UHGV virus genome: UHGV-0134996
DNA from: a virus
Length of the DNA: 64,000 nucleotides
Direction: 5' to 3' (one strand)
A model generated the notes under the pieces. That model did not search any database. It had not been told where the DNA came from and saw nothing but the letters and a program-made list of their open reading frames with translations. A program made the translations under genes and the position numbers. This document shows, piece by piece, positions 41,543 to 51,152 of this stretch (position 1 is its first letter; every line of letters begins with the position of its first letter).

Positions 41543-42544
41543 ATGTCAAAGAAAAACAGACCAACAATTGGGCGAACCCTTAATCCTTCAATATTAAGCG
41601 GATTTGATAGTTCTTCAGCCTCTGGCGATCGAGTCGAGCAGGTATTCAAGTTATCAACTGGTCGCCAGGCCACATTTATTGAAGAGGTAATACCTCCGAA
41701 CCAGGTAGAAAGCGATACCTTTGTTGATCAGCATAACAACGGGCGTGACCAGGCATCTCTTACGCCAAAATCATTAAAAAGTATCCGAAGCACTATTAAG
41801 CATCAGCAATTTTACCCTGCAATAGGTGTCAGACGGGCTACAGGGAAAATTGAAATTTTGGATGGTTCCCGGCGTCGAGCTTCTGCCATCTTAGAGAACG
41901 TAGGGTTGCGGGTTTTAGTCACGGACCAGGAGATCAGCGTTCAGGAAGTGCAAAATTTAGCGAAAGACGTTCAGACAGCATTGCAGCACAGCATTCGAGA
42001 AATAGGTCTGCGTTTGATGCGAATGAAAAATGATGGGATGAGTCAGAAGGATATTGCAGCCAAAGAAGGGCTGTCTCAGGCGAAGGTCACGCGTGCTCTC
42101 CAGGCAGCGAGTGCTCCGGAAGAATTAGTCGCCCTTTTCCCTGTGCAGTCGGAATTAACCTTTTCGGACTACAAAACGCTTTGTGCTGTTGGCGACGAAA
42201 TGGGGAACAAGAATTTAGAGTTTGATCAGCTTATTCAAAACATATCCCCGGAAATAAACGACATCTTATCCATTGAAGAAATGGCCGAAGATGAAGTTAA
42301 AAATAAAATCCTGCGCTTGATAACAAAGGAAGCCTCACTACTCACGGATAAAGGTTCTAAAGATAAGTCCGTAGTTACTGAATTATGGAAATTTGAGGAC
42401 AAGGATCGCTTTGCAAGGAAGCGCGTGAAAGGCCGTGCATTTTCTTATGAGTTTAATCGACTCTCAAAAGAGTTACAGGAAGAACTCGACAGGATGATTG
42501 GGCATATCCTTAGAAAGAGCCTCGATAAAAAGCCGAAGCCTTAA
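41543..42544 (+). CDS. parB: Partition protein ParB
   Basis: 333 aa immediately downstream of parA, followed by parS. Confidence 0.8.
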   Translation: MSKKNRPTIGRTLNPSILSGFDSSSASGDRVEQVFKLSTGRQATFIEEVIPPNQVESDTFVDQHNNGRDQASLTPKSLKSIRSTIKHQQFYPAIGVRRATGKIEILDGSRRRASAILENVGLRVLVTDQEISVQEVQNLAKDVQTALQHSIREIGLRLMRMKNDGMSQKDIAAKEGLSQAKVTRALQAASAPEELVALFPVQSELTFSDYKTLCAVGDEMGNKNLEFDQLIQNISPEINDILSIEEMAEDEVKNKILRLITKEASLLTDKGSKDKSVVTELWKFEDKDRFARKRVKGRAFSYEFNRLSKELQEELDRMIGHILRKSLDKKPKP

Positions 42545-42547
42545 ACT

Positions 42548-42635
42548 TTCGCCATTCAAATTTCACTATTAACTGACTGTTTTTAAAGTAAAATACTCTA
42601 AAATTTCAAGGTGAAATCGCCACGATTTCACCTTG
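42548..42635. other. parS centromere-like site
   Basis: ATTTCAC heptamers and TCGCCA hexamers flanking an AT-rich IHF-like spacer, as in P1 parS. Confidence 0.7.
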
Positions 42636-42768
42636 GATTTTACCTTCCTCCCCTCCTCCCGAAAAAATAAAAAAATTGCTTGTCACGAGAAAGTCAACAA
42701 GTGACTTTCAATAAAATCTCTTCCGAAAAGGGATTCACACAAGTGCCTTGTGTTTAAGGAAGAGTAAA

Positions 42769-44475
42769 TTGAGTAACTTACGCGAATACCAGAATCGTAT
42801 TGCAGATATCGCAAAACGCTCTAAAGCTGTGCTTGGCTGGGCAAGCACTGCGCAGTTCGGTACTGATAACCAATTCATTAAAGATGATGCCGCGCGTGCC
42901 GCATCTATCCTTGAAGCTGCACGTAAAGACCCGGTTTTTGCGGGTATCTCTGATAATGCCACCGCTCAAATCGCTACAGCGTGGGCAAGTGCACTGGCTG
43001 ACTACGCCGCAGCACATAAATCTATGCCGCGTCCGGAAATTCTGGCCTCCTGCCACCAGACGCTGGAAAACTGCCTGATTGAGTCCACCCGCAATAGCAT
43101 GGATGCCACTAATAAAGCGATGCTGGAATCCGTCGCAGCAGAGATGATGAGCGTTTCTGACGGTGTTATGCGTCTGCCTTTATTCCTCGCGATGATCCTG
43201 CCTGTTCAGTTGGGGGCAGCTACCGCTGATGCGTGTACCTTCATTCCGGTTACGCGTGACCAGTCCGACATCTATGAAGTCTTTAACGTGGCAGGTTCCT
43301 CTTTTGGTTCTTATGCTGCTGGTGATGTTCTGGACATGCAATCCGTCGGTGTGTACAGCCAGTTACGTCGCCGCTATGTGCTGGTGGCAAGCTCCGATGG
43401 CACCAGCAAAACCGCAACCTTCAAGATGGAAGACTTCGAAGGCCAGAATGTACCAATCCGAAAAGGTCGCACTAACATCTACGTTAACCGTATTAAGTCT
43501 GTTGTTGATAACGGTTCCGGCAGCCTACTTCACTCGTTTACTAATGCTGCTGGTGAGCAAATCACTGTTACCTGCTCTCTGAACTACAACATTGGTCAGA
43601 TTGCCCTGTCGTTCTCCAAAGCGCCGGATAAAGGCACTGAGATCGCAATTGAGACGGAAATCAATATTGAAGCCGCTCCTGAGCTGATCCCGCTGATCAA
43701 CCACGAAATGAAGAAATACACCCTGTTCCCAAGTCAGTTCGTTATCGCGGCTGAGCACACGGTACAGGCGGCGTATGAAGCACAGCGTGAATTTGGTCTG
43801 GACCTGGGTTCCCTACAGTTCCGCACCCTGAAGGAATACCTGTCTCATGAACAGGATATGCTGCGTCTTCGCATCATGATCTGGCGCACTCTTGCGACCG
43901 ACACCTTTGACATCGCTCTGCCGGTTAACCAGTCCTTTGATGTATGGGCAACCATCATTCGTGGCAAATTCCAGACTGTATATCGCGACATTATTGAGCG
44001 CGTTAAATCTTCTGGTGCGATGGGGATGTTTGCTGGTGCTGATGCAGCATCTTTCTTCAAACAGTTGCCGAAGGATTTCTTCCAGCCAGCCGAAGACTAT
44101 ATCCAGACTCCGTATGTTCACTACATCGGTACCCTGTTCGGTAACGTGAAAGTGTACGAAGTACCTGCTGGTATTTGTAAGAACTTAACGACTGAGAACA
44201 TTCAGTTCAGCTCGATGGATGTGCTGTGCTACGTCCGTGATGAAAATCCGGGTAAAGCAGGCTTCGTGACTGGTGATGCTGTCCCGGCTATCCCGTTCCA
44301 GCATCCGACCACTCCGGCGCTGGTCAACCGTACCACACTGTGGGGTTCGGCTATCAACGATATGCACCCACGCAACGGCGCTGATTACTTCACTCGTGTA
44401 ACGCTGACAATGGCCAAAAAAGGCGGGCTTAACTTTATAAGCGGCGACACGATTGATGCCGGTGACTCTGAGTAA
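42769..44475 (+). CDS. Large virion structural protein, probable major head protein precursor (gene 23 position)
   Basis: TTG start with AAGGAAG RBS (alternative TTG at 42748); assignment by position and size. Confidence 0.5.
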   Translation: MSNLREYQNRIADIAKRSKAVLGWASTAQFGTDNQFIKDDAARAASILEAARKDPVFAGISDNATAQIATAWASALADYAAAHKSMPRPEILASCHQTLENCLIESTRNSMDATNKAMLESVAAEMMSVSDGVMRLPLFLAMILPVQLGAATADACTFIPVTRDQSDIYEVFNVAGSSFGSYAAGDVLDMQSVGVYSQLRRRYVLVASSDGTSKTATFKMEDFEGQNVPIRKGRTNIYVNRIKSVVDNGSGSLLHSFTNAAGEQITVTCSLNYNIGQIALSFSKAPDKGTEIAIETEINIEAAPELIPLINHEMKKYTLFPSQFVIAAEHTVQAAYEAQREFGLDLGSLQFRTLKEYLSHEQDMLRLRIMIWRTLATDTFDIALPVNQSFDVWATIIRGKFQTVYRDIIERVKSSGAMGMFAGADAASFFKQLPKDFFQPAEDYIQTPYVHYIGTLFGNVKVYEVPAGICKNLTTENIQFSSMDVLCYVRDENPGKAGFVTGDAVPAIPFQHPTTPALVNRTTLWGSAINDMHPRNGADYFTRVTLTMAKKGGLNFISGDTIDAGDSE

Positions 44476-44535
44476 TCAGGGGAAGTTCTCCGTTTAACAT
44501 AGCGCCCCCGTGCGGGGCGCATAACAGGGAAAGTT

Positions 44536-46125
44536 ATGTCTCAATATTCAATTCAACAGTCATTAGGTAATGCATCCGGCGTCGCTGTTAGCCCGATCAA
44601 TGCCGATGCGACGTTATCTACCGGTGTTGCATTAAATAGCAGCTTGTGGGCTGGTATTGGCGTATTTGCGCGTGGCAAGCCGTTTACTGTTCTTGCGGTT
44701 ACTGAGTCCAATTACGAAGATGTTCTCGGCGAACCGCTGAAGCCGTCTTCCGGCTCACAGTTCGAACCAATTCGCCATGTATACGAAGCTATTCAGCAAA
44801 CGTCAGGTTATGTTGTTCGTGCTGTTCCGGATGATGCGAAGTTCCCGATTATTATGTTCGATGAATCAGGCGAACCGGCTTACAGTGCGTTGCCATACGG
44901 TTCTGAAATTGAACTTGATAGCGGCGAAGCCTTTGCTATCTACGTTGATGATGGTGATCCGTGTATTTCACCTACCCGTGAGTTAACCATCGAAACGGCA
45001 ACAGCGGACAGCGCAGGTAATGAACGCTTCCTCCTGAAACTGACCCAGACGACTTCGCTCGGCGTGGTAACGACCCTGGAGACACACACTGTGTCTTTGG
45101 CGGAAGAAGCAAAAGATGACATGGGCCGCTTGTGTTATCTGCCTACGGCTCTGGAAGCCCGTTCTAAATATCTGCGCGCGGTTGTTAATGAAGAGCTGAT
45201 TTCGACGGCGAAAGTAACAAATAAAAAATCGCTGGCGTTCACTGGCGGTACCAACGGCGATCAGTCGAACATTTCCACTGCTGCTTACCTGCGTGCGGTG
45301 AAAGTGCTGAACAATGCGCCGTACATGTACACCGCTGTTCTCGGCCTGGGTTGCTATGACAATGCGGCGATCACTGCGTTAGGTAATATCTGTTCTGATC
45401 GCTTGATTGATGGCTTCTTTGATGTCAAACCGACATTGACGTACACGGAAGCGATCTCTGCTGTTGAAGATACCGGTTTACTTGGTACCGATTATGTAAG
45501 CTGTGCTGTCTATCATTTCCCGTTCTCCTGCAAAGACAAATGGACCCAATCCCGCGTGGTCTTCGGTCTGTCTGGCGCGGCGTATGCGGCGAAAGCTCGT
45601 GGCGTCAAGAAAAACTCCGATGTCGGCGGTTGGCATTACTCACCGGCTGGTGAAGAACGTGCCGTCATTGCTCGTGCATCACTTCAACCGCTGTATCCGG
45701 AAGACACCCCGGACGAAGAAGCTATGGTCAAGGGCCGACTCAATAAAGTATCTGTAGGTACTTCGGGCCAGATGATCATCGATGATGCTTTAACTTGCTG
45801 CACGCAGGACAACTATCTGCATTTCCAGCACGTCCCATCCCTGATGAACGCAATCAGCCGTTTCTTTGTCCAGTTAGCCCGACAGATGAAGCATAACCCG
45901 GACGGCATTACTGAGTCTGGCCTGACTAAAGGGATGACCAAACTTTTGGATCGCTTTGTCGCCTCCGGCGCTCTGGTGGCTCCTCGTGATCCTGATGCTG
46001 ACGGTACAGAACCGTATGTGCTGAAAGTTACGCAGGCGGAATTCGATAAATGGGAAGTAGTCTGGGCCTGCTGCCCGACTGGCGTAGCCCGTCGTATCCA
46101 GGGCGTACCGCTGCTTATTAAGTAA
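44536..46125 (+). CDS. Probable tail sheath protein (gene 22 position)
   Basis: 529 aa; sheath-sized, upstream of tube-like genes; by synteny. Confidence 0.5.
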   Translation: MSQYSIQQSLGNASGVAVSPINADATLSTGVALNSSLWAGIGVFARGKPFTVLAVTESNYEDVLGEPLKPSSGSQFEPIRHVYEAIQQTSGYVVRAVPDDAKFPIIMFDESGEPAYSALPYGSEIELDSGEAFAIYVDDGDPCISPTRELTIETATADSAGNERFLLKLTQTTSLGVVTTLETHTVSLAEEAKDDMGRLCYLPTALEARSKYLRAVVNEELISTAKVTNKKSLAFTGGTNGDQSNISTAAYLRAVKVLNNAPYMYTAVLGLGCYDNAAITALGNICSDRLIDGFFDVKPTLTYTEAISAVEDTGLLGTDYVSCAVYHFPFSCKDKWTQSRVVFGLSGAAYAAKARGVKKNSDVGGWHYSPAGEERAVIARASLQPLYPEDTPDEEAMVKGRLNKVSVGTSGQMIIDDALTCCTQDNYLHFQHVPSLMNAISRFFVQLARQMKHNPDGITESGLTKGMTKLLDRFVASGALVAPRDPDADGTEPYVLKVTQAEFDKWEVVWACCPTGVARRIQGVPLLIK

Positions 46126-46134
46126 GGAAATACA

Positions 46135-46950
46135 ATGAGCAAAAACTTTTTTCAATCCGGGGCATTTTTGGGGAATGGACTGTCCCGTTTCGCTTTGAAC
46201 TCTGATCCTGTGCAGCTGATGGAGTCTGCCCGAGCAAGCGCTGAACCGCCAACAGATCCGGTTATCAATAATAATCCGGAACCGGCGGCACAGACTAACG
46301 ATAACGTTCCATCTGCCCCGGCTCCTGAGCAAATCCTGGAAGGGAAAGACGGTAAAGAATGGACCGTCGAACAGGCGCACCAGATGATTCTGGAAGCTGC
46401 AAATCGAAGTGCTATGCAGAATGCGTTGAGTGATGCGGCCGACGCCGTTTTCGCCTGGGCTGATAGCGGTGATCTGACTTTCGACTCCCTTGATGGTTTC
46501 GTTCAGGCTATCGCTGGTATCTCTGATGACGACGACTCCGAAGTTACAGAAGAACAGGACGATGCCTATAACGAAGCATGGGCAAATGTTGCTGACTTCC
46601 TCGCAGCATGCGGTGTAGATGATGACCTGATCGAAGCACTGGCTGACGATGAAGACGACGACGCAGCTGCTGATGTTGGTGCCTCTATCGCTGGTTTAGA
46701 TAGCGACGACCGCGACGAACTGGAAGCGGCGTTTGTTGTTGCTGGCACTTCTGATGAAATGCTGACTGAAGCATTTAAGAAGGTTGTTCGTAATGGTGAG
46801 ATCAAACTCATCCGTAAACGCCTGCGTAAAAAACGTCTGACTGCGGCTCAAAAATCGGCGCTGAAAAAAGCGCGTCGAAAAGCCCAGACCGGCGCGGCAA
46901 AACTTGCCCGCAAAAAGTCAATGAAACTGCGCCGTAAGCGCCTTGGCTAA
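46135..46950 (+). CDS. Acidic protein with basic C-terminal tail
   Basis: 271 aa; D/E-rich core, KR-rich last 40 aa. Confidence 0.4.
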   Translation: MSKNFFQSGAFLGNGLSRFALNSDPVQLMESARASAEPPTDPVINNNPEPAAQTNDNVPSAPAPEQILEGKDGKEWTVEQAHQMILEAANRSAMQNALSDAADAVFAWADSGDLTFDSLDGFVQAIAGISDDDDSEVTEEQDDAYNEAWANVADFLAACGVDDDLIEALADDEDDDAAADVGASIAGLDSDDRDELEAAFVVAGTSDEMLTEAFKKVVRNGEIKLIRKRLRKKRLTAAQKSALKKARRKAQTGAAKLARKKSMKLRRKRLG

Positions 46951-46985
46951 AGGAGGAGGCCGGAGAACTCCGGCCTTTAACTTGA

Positions 46986-47567
46986 ATGGCACCTATACCT
47001 TATGGGGTTTACAGCCAGGCTGACGGTGTATCGCCATTTCTGAAAGTTACTTTAACGAACTCTCAGTACCAGGTTACCGGATATATCAGCCAGGGGGCAG
47101 CAATGAACATGGCCCAGAATTGGGAAGCGCCGTTTACCGGTATGTCCATGGGGTCTGTTGCTGGTGCTTTCAGTGGTTTTGCGCAGGTTGGCACTGAAAC
47201 AACGTCGGTGGCCCGTTGGAACAGCTTAATGGTTTGGGAGGGGGGAACACCGCCGACTTTCACGCTGCCAGTAACTTTCATCGCTTTGTTTGACCCATTC
47301 ACGGAGGTTTCAGGAGCTATCGCCGCATTGTCAGCGATGATTAGCCCGGAACTTAAAGATGCCAGTATTGGTGGTCGAATCCCGGAGCGTGTGACGCTAA
47401 ACATTGGTCGCCGGATCAACATCATTGATGTCGCTATCCAGGACATAAGTTTCGATCTCGATGCGCCCAGGGACAGCAATGGGCATTTCCTGAAAAACAC
47501 CGTCAACCTCCAGTTGACCGGTTCTTCGATATATAACAGCTCCGATATTGTTCGGGCGTTCCAGTAA
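46986..47567 (+). CDS. Tail-associated structural protein (possible tube)
   Basis: 193 aa in structural operon. Confidence 0.4.
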   Translation: MAPIPYGVYSQADGVSPFLKVTLTNSQYQVTGYISQGAAMNMAQNWEAPFTGMSMGSVAGAFSGFAQVGTETTSVARWNSLMVWEGGTPPTFTLPVTFIALFDPFTEVSGAIAALSAMISPELKDASIGGRIPERVTLNIGRRINIIDVAIQDISFDLDAPRDSNGHFLKNTVNLQLTGSSIYNSSDIVRAFQ

Positions 47568-47578
47568 AAGGATTTTAT

Positions 47579-48088
47579 ATGGGGCACAATAACACTAAGG
47601 GAAACCGTAAATTTATTAAGGGCCGCTATACTGCCAACGCGGCCAAAGGCGAACGACTGGTATCTTCTGAATTCCAGCTCACTTTTGCAGGCCATGAAGA
47701 TATCAGCGTACTGGTTCGCACGTCGCAAATTCCTGAAATGACCCGCGAGGATGTGGAGGACTATGGTCCGAATGGTGTGAAGTTCAACCAGCACGGTCCA
47801 ATTCGAAACTCTGGGGAAATCCAGGTCCAGTGCGTGGAGACTATCGAAGGCGATATTCTTCAGTTCATTAAAGATCGCATTGCGGCGAAGGACTATGTTG
47901 ATATCACGATGGCTGCTACCCCTGAATCCAAATCTTCCGGGGTTAACGCTGTGACAAAAGCTGCTACAACAATTGAAATGTTGGACTGCAAAATCTACAG
48001 TGATGCAATCGACTTTAGTACCGAAGATGTGACTGCTGCTGTGCGCCCGTCACTTCGTATCGTCTACAACTGGATTGATTGGGATTAA
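47579..48088 (+). CDS. Tail-associated structural protein (possible tube)
   Basis: 169 aa; followed by terminator. Confidence 0.4.
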   Translation: MGHNNTKGNRKFIKGRYTANAAKGERLVSSEFQLTFAGHEDISVLVRTSQIPEMTREDVEDYGPNGVKFNQHGPIRNSGEIQVQCVETIEGDILQFIKDRIAAKDYVDITMAATPESKSSGVNAVTKAATTIEMLDCKIYSDAIDFSTEDVTAAVRPSLRIVYNWIDWD

Positions 48089-48107
48089 GAGTCATCCCTT
48101 GTATTTT

Positions 48108-48133
48108 AAAGCTCCTTCGGGAGCTTTTTTATT
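48108..48133 (+). terminator. Intrinsic terminator with UUCG loop
   Basis: aaagctcc-ttcg-ggagcttt + TTTTTT. Confidence 0.8.
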
Positions 48134-48203
48134 TGGAGAGGAAAGGGTGCATTGAGGATACCTGACACACGAAGAGTGGCGGGATCTCTCCCCGCCAGGT
48201 CTC

Positions 48204-48359
48204 TTACCTTTCAGATTCGTAGGCTGTGAAGACAGTGACCTCCGTCTGGCTGGTTCGGATTCGTACCTCGCAGAGGTCTTTCCTCGTTACCAGTGCCGTC
48301 ACAATGACGGTTAAACAGATGACGATCAGAGCGATTAATATCGCTTTTTGCTGCTTCAT
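48204..48359 (-). CDS. hok: Hok/Gef-family type I toxin
   Basis: 51 aa MKQQKAILIALIVICLTVIVTALVTRKDLCEVRIRTSQTEVTVFTAYESER; close to Gef/Hok. Confidence 0.85.
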   Translation of the reverse strand: MKQQKAILIALIVICLTVIVTALVTRKDLCEVRIRTSQTEVTVFTAYESER

Positions 48360-48417
48360 AGCCTGCTTCTCCTTGACCTTTTGGTCGGTAAGAGGCTAAT
48401 CTACGTATGCTAAGCAT
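48211..48417 (-). CDS. mok: Mok-like overlapping reading frame
   Basis: 68-codon ORF overlapping hok in another frame. Confidence 0.5.
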   Translation of the reverse strand: MLSIRRLASYRPKGQGEAGYEAAKSDINRSDRHLFNRHCDGTGNEERPLRGTNPNQPDGGHCLHSLRI

Positions 48418-48540
48418 AGATATGGCCTCAGATTAATGTTAAGCGTCTTGCAGGACGCGTAATGTTATCTGGGGCTTTCTTCTATCTGCTTTTCGGGTAA
48501 TGCCTGAAGCAGATAGCCTCAAGCACCCGCAACGATTGTA

Positions 48541-48786
48541 TCAATGTCTGGCTTTTTTTCTATAGAAATCACCTGGAAGGGTGAATATCCACATCAGAAG
48601 AAATGTTGCAGCAAACATGATCCCTAATGGCCAGACCGCGCCAAAGAAAATCCATACTAAGATCTCCTCTGCTCGTTCTTTGCGGTCGATATCGACAAGC
48701 ATTTTTCGGCTGATCATGTATACACAGAAGCCAATACAAACATATCCTGCAAAAGCGATCGCTAACTGTAAAAAATCAGATTGCAT
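48541..48786 (-). CDS. Small membrane protein (rlfA position)
   Basis: Two hydrophobic helices; start chosen at MQSDF. Confidence 0.35.
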   Translation of the reverse strand: MQSDFLQLAIAFAGYVCIGFCVYMISRKMLVDIDRKERAEEILVWIFFGAVWPLGIMFAATFLLMWIFTLPGDFYRKKARH

Positions 48787-48836
48787 CTCCGACCTCAAAC
48801 TGAAAACGCCAGGTGACTCCAGATTAGAGCAATCTA

Positions 48837-49682
48837 TCACCCTCTGAATCCTGCCGGTATACCCCATTGTTCGTTATCTTTATTTTTGGCTAAAACCGCA
48901 TTAAGAGCTTCGTTTACCGTCATGCAATGCGGCAGATTATCGAAGTTTGATATCCCGCCAATATCAGGAGAACGCTTGTCCTTCAGGTAAGCATATTTCC
49001 GCGCTGCCGCCTCTACTTTCTGCTTGAACTCATGTTTTTGAGCGCGTTTTTTGGATAACCGCAGATTGTCAGCCTTTGCTTTTGCCTCAGCGATCCATGA
49101 AATCAATTTTTTGAGTCTGGTCGTTCCGGCACCGCCGGAAACTGATCTTTTTGTTTTTTTAACTTGTGACTTCTTATTCTTTATTGCCACGTCATCCTGA
49201 CAGGGGGAGGGGGTATCATTTTGACATGGGGGTGTGGATAAAAAATTAAATAAAGCCAATGTCTTAGCGAGAACAGCTTTAACCTTGGTTGCCGCTGAAG
49301 AGATCTTTAATTTGCTTTCAATCAGCGCATTTTTGGCTTGTTGTGCGAAGGCCAAAAAGGATGGTGTAAACCGGTACAGGTTAGCGCGACGTTCACGGTG
49401 ATCGCCGATAACAATCTCTACAGACAGAATTCCTTTGTTTACAGCTTCACGGAATGCACGAACGACGGTTGATTGGCTATAACCAGTTTCTGCCGCGATC
49501 AGGCGGTGAGGCTTGTGAATGAAGTATTCACTGGTTGTTGCCGCGAGATTTGCACATTGCGACAGGATATGCCCGGCGCTACGGGATAGACCGGAGTGTG
49601 TTACAAAGCAGGCCAATTCATAGCCAGAAAAAGTAAAATCGCTCATCGTTATACAGCTCAGGAAAGTGACTTTAGCCAGCAT
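48837..49682 (-). CDS. repL: RepL-like lytic replication protein
   Basis: 281 aa directly downstream of kilA; by position and size. Confidence 0.5.
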   Translation of the reverse strand: MLAKVTFLSCITMSDFTFSGYELACFVTHSGLSRSAGHILSQCANLAATTSEYFIHKPHRLIAAETGYSQSTVVRAFREAVNKGILSVEIVIGDHRERRANLYRFTPSFLAFAQQAKNALIESKLKISSAATKVKAVLAKTLALFNFLSTPPCQNDTPSPCQDDVAIKNKKSQVKKTKRSVSGGAGTTRLKKLISWIAEAKAKADNLRLSKKRAQKHEFKQKVEAAARKYAYLKDKRSPDIGGISNFDNLPHCMTVNEALNAVLAKNKDNEQWGIPAGFRG

Positions 49683-49711
49683 TACAATGCTGGTGGTTCT
49701 TACTACGTCTG

Positions 49712-50512
49712 TTAGCGCGTTGCCGCGACAGGTACCAGCACACCAGCATCAAGCAATCGCTTCATCAGCCACTGCTGACCTTTGCCGGTTATACGAGTCG
49801 TGAAAGAAATCCTGCTTCCATTGCTTGTATCGATCACGGTTTCTTTAAGGGTGAAATACCCACGGGATATGTATTCTTGTTTGGGGACGTTCCTGCGTTC
49901 ACCGGTTGCGATCAGAATTCCGTTATCACGCAACCAGGTGAAGAGATAGTTTTGGCCCAGGCCGAGCACTTTGGCATAGTTGCCGATTAGAACCCCGCTG
50001 GCGGTAGCAACGCGTTCGGCGAATTCGACTTTAGGTGCATCCATCAGCATTTTTTGCTCCAGCCGTTGCTTTTGCTCTGCCAGGTCAGCAGCCAAACGGA
50101 GAGCTTCTGGGAGGCTCTTCGGAATAGCAGGTTGTAATCTTCCGGCTCGATAGTCGATAAATGTCTGGTTTACCTTCAGCCGAAACGCGGGAGAAATCCA
50201 GCCTGCGTACTCCACTGCGAGCAATTCATGGGCAAAAGTGCCGCCGCCACGGCCTTCGAACGAAACTATGCAATTCTGCATAGTTTCTTTTTCAAGCTCT
50301 TCGATGAGCTGTTTTGCTGACAGCGTTCTTAGCCATTGAGCTGGCGCTTTATGGGCACCGAGTCCGCTCGCTCTGTGTAGAGCATTAAGGTTGTAACGGC
50401 CAGCGCGGTCGGTCGTAATTTCAACACCACAAATAACGGGCAGAGTGGTTGAAGGATCGACATTTTGATGAAGGTTTGATATATTCATATCCGCATTGAA
50501 TGTTTGTTGCAT
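49712..50512 (-). CDS. kilA: KilA-like protein (KilA-N domain + Ant-type C-terminal domain)
   Basis: 266 aa; C-terminal half parallels Ant C-terminus. Confidence 0.65.
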   Translation of the reverse strand: MQQTFNADMNISNLHQNVDPSTTLPVICGVEITTDRAGRYNLNALHRASGLGAHKAPAQWLRTLSAKQLIEELEKETMQNCIVSFEGRGGGTFAHELLAVEYAGWISPAFRLKVNQTFIDYRAGRLQPAIPKSLPEALRLAADLAEQKQRLEQKMLMDAPKVEFAERVATASGVLIGNYAKVLGLGQNYLFTWLRDNGILIATGERRNVPKQEYISRGYFTLKETVIDTSNGSRISFTTRITGKGQQWLMKRLLDAGVLVPVAATR

Positions 50513-50581
50513 TTTTTCTCCAAATTTGCATCAACCTTCAATCACCAGCTCGAAATGGTGATTCTTTGCACTCAGAAAACA

Positions 50582-50598
50582 AAATTTATTAGAGCAAA
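50582..50598 (-). promoter_or_regulatory. C1 operator-like 17-mer (16/17)
   Basis: Plus strand aaatttattagagcaaa, ~70 bp upstream of kilA start. Confidence 0.65.
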
Positions 50599-50706
50599 TT
50601 TTTCCAGTCCGATCCAGATCGGGTTGGTCGATCTGCTCAGAAACCTGTCAGTTCGCTGGCAGGTTTTTTTGTATAAGGCGTTTTTCAATGTGGATTTGTG
50701 GCTGGC

Positions 50707-50741
50707 TAAAACGAAAAAGGCCACAGGTTTTACCCTGTGGC
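50707..50741 (-). terminator. Intrinsic terminator on minus strand
   Basis: ggccacagg-gtaaaac-cctgtggcc then UUUUUCGUUUU on minus strand. Confidence 0.6.
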
Positions 50742-51152
50742 CTGTTCGGGCGCAACGCGCTGCTGTTACACTGCGGAACTAACGCCCTCCAATGTTGTTA
50801 TGCAATGTGGAGAAGTGAGGCAATCACTGATGCCAACACAGAACTTGACGCTCCGATGATGACAGGAACAATGATGTTGGTCACAATCCACTTGCAAGCT
50901 TTTTGAAGAGTCATTACGAAGCTCCGCACACTTGCAACAGCAACTGCTTGCGGCTATCCTCTTGTTGATCAGACATAAGGAATGCCCTCGCTGGTTGCCT
51001 CCATGCAACGTTGTGGCGAGGGTTTTTTCTGTCTGGAGGCTACGCATCCAGGAGTTCATAACCCCCGCATAACGTTGCGCCTCCCCTGAAAAACAGGGTT
51101 GGGCATATCGTACACATGCCTGTAATTTATGGCAAATCTTGGTCTGAATACG

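Noticed and set aside
44502-44520. GC-rich hairpin after the head gene as an intrinsic terminator
   Set aside because: No U-tract follows; it may be an RNA stability element or processing site, but is not called a terminator.
50766-51059. Cys/His-rich 97-aa minus-strand ORF between kilA and ant
   Set aside because: It lies downstream of a predicted minus-strand terminator with no obvious RBS; coding status is unresolved, so it is not reported as a feature.
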